Assembly: GCA_048013815.1 (NCBI GenBank)
Contig: CM106585.1
Coordinates: forward strand, 23,250,001-23,314,000
Direction of reading: 5' to 3'
Length of the DNA: 64,000 bases
Source: Setoptus koraiensis
Taxonomy: Eukaryota > Animalia > Arthropoda
Position 1 is the first letter of the stretch, and each line of letters starts with the position of its first letter. The translations under genes and the position numbers were made by a program. A model generated the notes under the pieces. That model was not told the DNA's origin and did not search any database. It saw nothing but the letters and a program-made list of their open reading frames with translations. Positions 38,055 to 48,709 of this stretch are shown here, one piece after another.

Positions 38055-39853
38055 GTGCCAAATGAGAGACATTCACGCCCACGCTTTCGATAATTTACGT
38101 CTATTGGTTGAACTGGATCTATCATGGAATCTATTGACCATGGTGCCATTGGACAGCCTTAAAGACAGAAAGCTGTTACGTAAGTTGAGCATGCGTGGTA
38201 ATCCATTGAAAATGTTGGATCGTTCAACATTGCGACTATCATCATGGTCGCAGCACAATAAATCAAAGCAACAGCGGACACACGAATCAGAGGCAGAATC
38301 ACTAGCAGAAGATAATTCAATCACGGCAACAGCAGCAAAAGTAACGAAAATAAATAGCTCATACAATGGCCTGACTACTTCCGGTGAGCAAGCGGCAAAT
38401 GAGGTGAATGCAGGCAGTGGCCACCAGGGGGAAATAACGAGTCGCGGGTTGTCGTCGATATCATCTAGTGACACTGGCAATGATGATGCGCCCGCATCAT
38501 CTCAAATGGTCAGCTCAGCAAATGTAATATCGTCATCATCATCATCAAACAAGCAGCAGCAGCAGCAAATAGCAGCCGATGTATTGGACAATTCATTTGA
38601 CAACAACAACAGCAACGATATCGGTGGCTCACATCCTGTTGAGAGCAGCAATGCGAACAACAACAGGAAGTCAGATTTGCGATTGTTGTATGTGAATCAT
38701 TATTGGGCGCAAGCGGACTATTTAAGCTCGTCCAACCAGCCAGCGGCATCAATATCGTCGTCGTTGTTGGACGGCAGCGCCGATAACGGTAACAACGGCG
38801 ACAACGACGACCAAACCAACTGGACGCAAGAGACGGGCCCCGGCCAACGGCAGCCAGAGCAAACAACGGGTCCCAGCAGCGACCAATTTCAATTGAAACT
38901 ACAATTGATGGCCTTATCTGTGGCCTTAGACAATCAACTGCTGCGAGCCAGTGCGCAGCCAATGGGGTCGCAAGCAAGCGGCCAACCAAAAAACAACGCA
39001 TCGGCCAACAGCGCCGACAATAAGCTTGCTGTGATATTGAATAACGTTGGCAATAATGACATCGACTACAACTATTACGCAAACAACGATAATACGTACG
39101 CCAATGGTAATGGCAATTATCAGCAGCACTACCAATGGTCTATTGGGCACTATTTAAACGAGCTGCAAGAGCTAGATTTCGGCCAATGCCAGCTGGCATA
39201 CATACAACCGGAAGTGTTTTATCAATTAACACAATTGAAAAGATTATTGCTAGATGGAAACAGATTGCAGTATATAAGCGCTCGTTTAATATTAAATCTG
39301 CCGGACAATATGCACCAATTGGCTTTAGAGGACAATTTATGGTATTGCGACTGCAGATTGTTTCCAGTTAAATCCTGGCTGGATAGCACGAAAATCCCGC
39401 TGGGCGTCGGGCCCCGCTGTCACATGCCCAACAGCGGCAACAGCGGCACCAACAACGGCAATGGTAGCGGCAACAACGACGACGCCAATACAGATGCGGC
39501 CAATCAGCAGAAACAAGTGGCCCATTTACGGGATTGGTCCCAATTGAGGGCCCAGCAATTGGCGTGTGCGCCGGTGCCCGTGCCCGTGACCGAGCCCGAG
39601 CGATCGGGCGCGCCAATGATAGCGGCGGATAATGGGGCCCGACAAGACATTGATTTGTTGAGCGCAAAAATGTTTACCGATACCGGCGACAAAATGACGA
39701 CATTCTCTCAAGAGCACAAAATGGTCGTATCGTCTGACACTATAATGGCCGCCATGCTTTATCCGGGGCCGGCAAGAGGCGCGTATAATTTGAAAGCAAA
39801 CAGTGGCGCCAACACAAGTGCAATTAATGGCGCCACTCAAGTGGCCAAAGAAG
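38055..39853 (+). CDS. kek: Kekkon-family receptor, coding exon 2 (LRR2-7, LRR-CT)
   Basis: A TAG acceptor in phase 2 gives R-CQMRDIHAHAFDNLRLLVELDLSWNLL. Later LQELDFGQCQL, LKRLLLDGNRL and LEDNLWYCDCRL follow. The exon ends at a G|GTAAGT phase-1 donor. Confidence 0.92.
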
Positions 39854-41588
39854 GTAAGTCGCGCGACTCGCAAACTGGTGGCGAGCACTTGAAGTAGATA
39901 TTTCCAACAAACTGCATGTGGCTAATGTTTAATTTCTGACAAAATGAAGCCATAGGTGCGACGAGATAACGGCAGAGATTGTGTGACAGATTATTTCTCG
40001 CGGCCACTCGCCAGCGTTTCGGCCAGTTTAAAGCGTCAGCCAGCCGGCGTGTCGGCGAGCTAGCCAGAGATAATGCGACAGAGCCAGAGAGAGCGGCCCC
40101 TGTCGACGGCCACTCTGTTGCCAGCATGTATGTTGTGTCTATTTTTAGGCGGCGCCGCTGGCGGCGTTATCTTGGCGCGGCGCGATGATACAACAGCGTT
40201 ACGTCATCACGGCAGCGGACAGCGATGCAATTCGGGTATTGTTGCACCGAGTTGAGTGTGCTATTTATTTCGTTGCGGGCTCGGTATCGGAACGGAACGG
40301 AACAGAGCGGTGCGGCGCGGAGCTGGCCCGTGGCTAGACGAGGTCAGTTGAACGGTGACAATTGTGAAAATTGCCGCTCATTGCACGTGCTCGTGGCGAC
40401 CGTCATCAAGATGGCCGCCAGCCAGCCAGCCAGCAGCAGCTGATGTATGGGGCCGGGCCGGTGATTTAAGCCGAGTGCCCCGTGCTCATCTCATTTCGTG
40501 GGCTCATCAGCGCACCAGCGCATCAGCGCATCAGCTCGCCGTCGCGTCAGCTCGCCGTTGCGTCAACTCATCAGCTCAGCGGCGGCAGTGACGGCGTCCA
40601 CTCAACAACTCAACAACTCAGCCAGCTCAAATGGGCCCCCCCGCAAGAGCGCGTCTGGGCAAACTGGATCAATTCAACACGACACACGTTTTGTGCATGC
40701 TGTCACCGCGCACTCCATACCGTATGATTGGCGACTGGCCACAATGGGGGCCCGTCGTGTATCCGCTCAGCAGCGGCCGGCATCGGGGCCCACTGAGCAG
40801 CGGCTGACATCTTGTCACGAGTAGTCGACTGCTCGAGTGCATGTGTCGCTGGCGCACCGATTGCCTAATCAGCACGGAAAGGAGGCCACTTTGTGCACTG
40901 ACATACCCAGACCCAGACCCAGACACATACACTGTGCGCATATGCTTGTTAGAACGGTGCTGCACTGAGTACACCTGTACACCCAGCAATACTGGGCCAG
41001 CATACCCAGCGTACCCAGCAATACTGGCCCAGTATTGCTGGGTACGCTGGGCCAGTAGTATTGGTGAACCGGCCCGCAAGTGGCCCGGGCGCGCCTTGCA
41101 GCAGAACATTTAATGGGGCCCCACAATGGATGGCTCGCTCGACACTGACAACACCGCCGACTGGTTCAATTTTATTTGGCCTATCCGCCTATCTTATTGG
41201 CGACAGACTTAACAATGTCGCCCACTAAGACATAGGTCAGCGGCGAGGCACAGACGCACAGACGCATAAGGCACGAGCCGGATTAAACTAGCTGAGCAGT
41301 GCGCTTGCAGTTCTTTTCGCCTTCGCCTTGCCATCTCTACACGCCGGCAAAGGCGCCCCAATCGCTCTCGCTCTCTCTCCAGGTAACTTTGCACGTAATA
41401 ATGTGTTTATAGCTTTGTACCTGTAAACACATGCGCCAGCAGCAAGTGGAGCTTGCTTGAGCTCCCATTCTATTAATTATAATGGCAAGCGATGATGGCA
41501 AGACGGCGCCTCAGTGGGGCCGAATAAATAAGTAGCCAAGTAATTGGATCGTATGCAACCGTGGGCAAGATTTATGCACACACACACA

Positions 41589-41657
41589 CACACTTGTTAT
41601 AAGGCACAGTTGTTATATGGCACACTTGTTATATGGCACAGTTGTTATATGGCACAG
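41589..41657. repeat. 16-nt minisatellite (CACASTTGTTATAWGG) x4
   Basis: Tandem copies are visible in kek intron 2. Confidence 0.9.
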
Positions 41658-44241
41658 GGGGCGATCGCACAATTGGACAAGACACCGCCAGCGCCACCAT
41701 AATAGTAGTGGCACTATCACGGCACTACTATTAGGTGGTAGCACCAGACTGTAGATCCACACTGGATCTCCTGTGTAGAACCACCAAAGGCCCACTCACC
41801 TGTCGCCTGGCTACTTGACTTGTCTTGACGCGCGCAATTGTAAATAACGGTACTTGCGCAACAACGGCTAGCCGTGCAAAATGGGGGCCGCTGCCGAGGC
41901 CACGTTCCACTGGTCGCAATCGTCGATTTGCTTTGCTTTGCTTTGAGCGCCCCCAATGTTGCAAAACCGACAAGCGACGGATCCTCAAATCAACTCACCT
42001 TTAAAAGGCTTCCCCCATTTCGCGCGCTCTTAATCTGTTTTGAACACACACACACACACCGTTTGGGGTCACGCGCTGCGACCCAACAAAGACTCGTCGC
42101 GCAACCAAAAAGAGGCGCACCGACCCACAACTGAGACTGGCCCACTTTTTATGCCCATTTGCATATCCGCTTATTACGCCATAATATAGTGAATAACATT
42201 GGCAAGACATTGGCCTATTACAAGTGTGCACTGTCGCTGGTTGTGGTGGCTTTTTTGGCTAGACACACTCACTGTTGCAACTCACTGCAATACGACGCAC
42301 AGTTGCGCCCCGAGGCTTTACAACACGGCCAACTTTGTTGTTGACCAAATGTCATTACATGCCATCTATATATTGCAGCGGCAGCGGCACCAGCAACGGC
42401 CTATTACATATTACATGCATGTGCTTGTTGTTACATAACAACTATAATAACGTTATAATCCGTTATAATCAGCGCCAATATGATTAGTGAGTAGTGTAGT
42501 ACATATTAATTATGTACTGCTCACTGTTACTGTTCAATGTGATGCCAGCAGTAGTGTCTCGTATTTTCCTATTTTGTTTGTTTGCTGATCAAGAGAAGCC
42601 AAGCAAGCGACAATTGCCACTGTCCACTGGTGACCGTTCACCTCAACTAACACAAACAACAATCACTGTTGTGATATTCACAGGTGAACGATTCTTGTTT
42701 GAATTTACAGCATGTTATGCTGCAAATTGGAAATAAGCTCATGCAAATTCAAGCCATGCAAGTACATGTAAACAATGTAATGTAACGTGTATACAATGTG
42801 TGAAAATTCGGCTCAACTGAAACCAAATCATCATCAATTAGTGAGAGTTGAGGCAAGCTCAGGTGAATTGGCTCGCGACAAGCGTCAGACGATAGCTTCA
42901 AAAGAATGATCGACAGAGCCGACAGTTTCCGCCAGTCGCACAATACCAACCGCACTCCCATGCTCCCGTTGGGAGAGTAATGGGAGTGAATAAGGAAAGA
43001 TATGTAGTATTATGTAACAAGTTTGCTGTCGTTTGTATGTATATCACAGTGTGTGTTTGTGTGCTGAGTTGTCACGCGTTATTAGGTCACGCGATAACTA
43101 AATAACTGATGAGAAATACTGACAATACATAACTTTTTACTGTTGTTACTGTAAATGTAACTGTTATGTGTGATAAAATGTAACTTGTACAAATGTTACT
43201 GTGTTTGTGACTAATATCACTGGACAATAGCAAATTATAAATATTGGCCATTTACAAGTGATTAGACTGCAGCTGTCAGCTGACTGAGATCATGAATGTC
43301 GGATGCTCAATACTGGCCAATGCTGCCAATTGGCCATGTGTGAGGCCACAAATCACCAGCCTAATCATGCTACAATGAGCACGTAATCCGTTCATCAAAC
43401 ATTGGTCTTGACTGGCCACAAACTACTTCTTTATCTTACATCATATATCTTTATCCAGATGAAAGCTAGCTGAGGGTTAAAGTTGGCTATTGTGCTCACT
43501 CGCAAGCACCACTGATATTCTCTCTCTCTCTCTCTCTCTCACCGGCGAGTCATTTGTTGATGTCGTTAGATCCGCGGTGAGGCGCCATAACTCTGCTATA
43601 GTGCGCCAAGTCGATAGGTGTCACACGTCATATGTATTGCCTGTATTTTTAATACAAAATGATATAAATGGTTTTTATTCCAATTAGGTTCTAATTTGGT
43701 TCAGGCCAAGCGACACAAAAATCATTTCGTCCATGCTATGATAGCCGGTTTAGCGACAAGATAGATTCAGAAATCGATATTGTCTGTGCCTTTTATCCTC
43801 ATATATCACGCGCCATAGTGAAGCAACCATATTTGACATTCTCCAAATATCTGTTGGCGTACAATTTATATTTTATATACGCATGCCTGAATGGAGCCAG
43901 TTGGCTCGTATTGGAGCCAACAAATCAGCATCTTCGGACACACAACGATGCAAACGATTGTCGCCGTGACTCTCAATAACGACGCACCAGGTGAAGTATG
44001 CCAGGCCTAGATCGGTTAGGCCGGCCATTGTGATTAATTGTTGGCGTCAGGTCGTTGACGAAAAACAGAGGCTTCAAATTAGTGCCACTCACTGAGTCCA
44101 ACAGAGAGCCAAACCAGTTTCTGTTGGTGCGCCAGTTTGGCACCTTTCATGCATATCTATGGGCATGGTATGATGCTGTGAGCGCCGGTGAAACGTGAAA
44201 CGGAAGTGAAAGCCGACACACGAGTCGCGGCGAGAGTGACT

Positions 44242-44305
44242 TGTTGTTGTTGCTGCTGTTGTTGCTGCTGTTGTTGCTGCTGTTGTTGCTGCTGTTGCTG
44301 TTTCT
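44242..44305. repeat. (TTG/CTG)n microsatellite
   Basis: Directly visible. Confidence 0.9.
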
Positions 44306-45378
44306 GCTGTTGGGCAACAGAGATAAGACAAAGGAGAGGAAGAAAAAGAGGCGACGGGTAAACAAACGTTAAAGCGAAACGATACTGTTGTTGTCGTTGT
44401 TGTTTGTGTTTCTCGCGGGCTCTTGTGGCAGCCGATTCGGTTGTAACTTGAAACTGCTTTGCAATAATCATGGCGCTGTTATGATGATAACAATCAATTT
44501 GATTGCTCCAGTTTCGTCGCCGCACTCAACTCGCCAGTTACTGTATGGGGGCCAGAGGATGAAGATGGGGCCCACTTCTTGACATTGTCCACTTTGTCAC
44601 GGGCACTGTGGTGCTTTGTTTGTGCTGGTATAAAATATACCAGCACAATGGCAGTGGCCGAGGCATGTGCACGATATCACTTGTCTATTTTCATGTGAGC
44701 CCGAGCGCTTTAAATGCGCTGCATGGGCATATATGGAAAATGATGCCACCACCATCATGGTCACACAACCAACTGCTCATCCGATTATTCGTGGCGAGCT
44801 ATCGCGTTGCCGTCGGATAATCGGACAGCGTCGGGCAGCATTGGACAGATTCGGACAGCGTCGGACAAAATTCCTGTCGGAGAATCGCGAATAGAGATTG
44901 TTGGTGAGAATGAAAGAAAGAGACAAGTCTCTTGGTAGTTGATGCAAATGGATGTTAGTGCTGGCGGTTACATAAACGTTGCTGCAGACACTGATATTTT
45001 ACTCAAACTCAAACTGCTTCAAACTGCTTCAAACTGTTGTTTGGATCAATTTTATTATCTTGTTTATTATTCGCCCGGCTATTCGCAACAAGACCCCATT
45101 CTGTTGTGTCGCAAATCTGGGCTACAGCAGCGCCACCGTGGCACCCAGTAACACAACTGGCCTCAATTGGCTGCACTACAATGTGCTGCTATGTATTGTT
45201 TGTGTTGGCATCCACTGATAAAAGAGCGGATAAGTGTCAACAACTTTATCAGCCTCAAAAGCCTCAGCTCGGCTCGGTCCGGCCCGCTCACAATGGTTGC
45301 GCAATCGTCAATCTCAACTGTAAATGTCTCTACTATTTCGGCCCCAAATTGAAATGGCCCCGCACACACATAAACAAC

Positions 45379-45384
<6 letters not shown>

Positions 45385-45440
<56 letters not shown>
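45385..45440. repeat. (CA)n microsatellite
   Basis: Directly visible. Confidence 0.95.
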
Positions 45441-45442
<2 letters not shown>

Positions 45443-46363
45443 CATGTAAAGTACGGCAGCGACAAGTTTTCTCGGACATGCTTGTCAGACAAACGAACGG
45501 ACAAACGATGGACAAAAATTACTTTGGCTCTGGCCAAGTAATTTCCAAAATGGATTCCGGCAGCAATCTCCTTTTGGGGCCCCGTTCGAGCCCCCAAACG
45601 GGGTCCCAAAAAGAGATTGCTGCACTTGCACACTGTCTGCATACTCAAGTTTCGTTTGAAATTCACGGGTTGCGGCGCGATACGATTGCACCTGTCACGC
45701 CATTAGAGGCTGTTGTTGGCCGTTCGCTCGCCAATTGCAACAAACATCATTGATTTTATACTCTGCTCACATTGGCGCTACATGGGCACAGGTAACAACG
45801 GTTCGGTGGCGAGCACTTTGTTTGTTTGGCTTTTGAGCCGATTGTTGTCGCTGTTGTGCTGGCGTGATGTTGTGATGAACGACCTGAATTGATATCAAAA
45901 ATCACTGGCTGTCATATATATTTTATTTCTATCATCTATTATTATTGTTATTATTATTATTACTAGCTCTGTTGGCTCGGTTGCCGTTATTGTGAGTGTG
46001 TCTGTTGGCGCTGGCCAGTTGCCGACAACTCACGCCAATTCAATTCACGATTGGCCCATTTCGAATCACAGTGCAGTTTTGCTTCTTTTCGTTCGCTTCT
46101 TTCTCAGCTACCCTATGTATGCTGTGCATGGCTAATGGTGTCCCCAACAAGCGGCATCCACTCACCTGCTCCAACTCACAGACCCCAACTCAAACTCTAA
46201 CTCACAAACTCAGACTTTGACTCACAAACAAACTCAGACTCTAACTCACAAACAAACTCAGAGACTCCAACTGAGAGTGGTCACGAACAAGCTCGCATCG
46301 CTAATCATCGTCGTGTGTTCTTTTAAACTGCATCACCATATATCACCATAATTAACCGATCAG

Positions 46364-46802
46364 ATGAGCCGGTCACTCTCAGTTGCCGGTTCGCCTCCAT
46401 TCCGCTGATGGACATTATGTGGACAGTTGAATACGGAGCCCCGTCGGAGCCCCTTCAAGAGGGCGCCACTGGCTGGCAGGCGGCCAGGCAGCAGCAAGCG
46501 ACAACTCAGGTGCTCTTTGACGGCGCCCAAAGCCAACCGGCCAAAATGGGTGGCGCCAAATTGAGGCCAGCAGCCTCAATTGATGGCGAAACTATTAAGT
46601 GGGCCACATCAAGACAACCGTTGCTGGACGGACCCGACGCCGCTTACCAGCAACAACAGCAGCAACAACAGCAGCAACAACAACAACAACCACGCATTGT
46701 TTTGTCCGGCTTGCGCATAACCGTTCGCGAGACACTCTTCGGGTTGGATCAGAAAGAGTCAGCACTAACAATAGACAAATTGACCATTTTGGACGCCGGC
46801 AG
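46364..46802 (+). CDS. kek: Kekkon-family receptor, coding exon 3 (Ig domain)
   Basis: A CAG acceptor in phase 1 gives DEPVTLSCRFASIPLMDIMW (Ig B-strand Cys, C-strand Trp) through ESALTIDKLTILDAG. The exon ends at an AG|GTGAGT phase-2 donor. Confidence 0.88.
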
Positions 46803-47943
46803 GTGAGTTATACACACACATATAAACTGTTGTTGTTAGTTTATTTTGGGCGCGCGCTTGTTGTTGTTTCGCCAACAACAAAATGCGCCGCGTTTTGTTG
46901 TTGGCGCTATAAACACTCGGCCTCGAGAACGGACGCGCCAACACCAACGCCAGTTGTAAGCAAACGGATAGACACAATCGGCGGCAGCAGCAGCTTTGCT
47001 TTGTTATAATGTTGTTGTGTTATAATGCTATAATGGGGCCAATTTTAAATTTAAAGTGGCGCATAAATGGTTAAGAAGTGGCCCCTGGCGTTAGTAAATA
47101 GATGGCCGAAACACATAGCGGCACATGGCAGCTCAGCGGTTGTTAGATGGTTGGCCAAAGTGCAATTTTGTTGCTGAAAAATGAGCGGGCCAGTGGCGCA
47201 ATTGCGACCACGCTTACACGCGAGACAGATAAGAAGCCATGAGAGAAGAATGCCAGTGGACGCGAACTCTTTGCTCTTTCTTATTGGCTCATCTCGATAT
47301 TATTTTTAAGCAAATTATTATTGTTGGCCCCGGCGAGTCAGTTGCCCGGTTGAGGCTCGCAGTGGGGCCCGCGCTTGATCCAGTAGCCGGCAGGCCGTCG
47401 ATCGAGTGCAAACACAATAGTTGATAATGATGCTAAGCTCGCCCTAGGCGCCCTGGCCCCCTCTTCGCCTGGCTCCCTTCACCTTCCATTCTGGCCGACA
47501 AATTCTCGGGCTCGTGATCCAATAATGGCCGGCGCTTAGATGTTGCGCCAAATGTCACTGAGTGGCGCAAATTGGCCCGTTATTATCTTGGATTATTCAC
47601 CTATTCGCACACATGACGGGCTTACTGATCAGCAAGAGAAATATTGCCCGATACGCGGCCCGACACGCCGAGCGGGTGAGGTGCACAGGGTGCACGGGAT
47701 GCCTCACAGCCGCATACTGCGGGTCCGCATACCATGGTACCACCATACGCTTGCACACGCCCACGGTATGGGCTAGCCGCATATGGTGGTGCGCATATTG
47801 CGGATTGCGGGCCAAGCTTGGCTTCGATTGTCACTCAAATTGTATCTCGCGTGCAGTATCCATCGGAACGAAATTCAGCAATCATATCTGCATGTGAGGT
47901 GGCAATTTTGTCTAATGCTATGTGTCTAAACTGGAGCGAGACG

Positions 47944-48048
47944 AGTCGTTGTTGTTGTCGTTGTTGTCGTTGTTGTCGTTGTTGTCGTTGCTGTTGTTGT
48001 CGCTGTTGTTGTCGCTGTTGTTGTTGTTGTTGTTGTTGCTGTTGTTGT
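47944..48048. repeat. Compound (TTG/TCG/CTG)n microsatellite
   Basis: Directly visible in kek intron 3. Confidence 0.9.
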
Positions 48049-48709
48049 GCATGGGTGTGTGCCATTGGGGCACCGGCAGCAGCCCCAAAAGAGAGATGGG
48101 CCCCGTGGAACGGAAAGCGAAATTTGGCGCTACTTTGAGTTTTGTGCGCTGCGGGCAGATCCCCATTGAGTCAACTTCATCCATCACAACAAGTGCATTA
48201 GTTTATTTAATCCAGCTCGGCAACATTTTTGCCATCTCTATCCATCATAATTATCCAGCCTGAGTCAGTGGTTAGTGAGTCTATCTGTGTGTGTGTGTGA
48301 CTATGAAAATTGCAATGTTATCCATACATACTTATTCGCGAGCTCGATCCGTCCCGAAATTCGAATGTATTATCACGGTATTGGGGCCCGCACACTCGCA
48401 CACATTTTAATGCCCAATCGCAACCTAATCCATTCCATCCATCAACTAATAACAAAGCGAACGTGCTGTATGGTCTTGTTACCGCATTACCGCATCACTG
48501 GCTGCCATCTTTTTGTTCTTTTATTCGCACAAAAAAAAGTAAAACCAAAACCGAGAGCAGAGACGAGAAAGGCAAAAACGAAGGCAAAAAAAAACAAAAA
48601 GCGCATACCGAAAACCTGAGAGCGAGTAGCGAAAAACAGAAAGCAGAATAAAAATTTAACGTAATCTCTTTTGATCATTGTCCATAAATTACGTTGTCAC
48701 TAACTATAG

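Noticed and set aside
45037-45753. 238-aa intronic ORF
   Set aside because: TTG start, extended by a (CA)n tract, no domain, and not needed for the kek reading frame.
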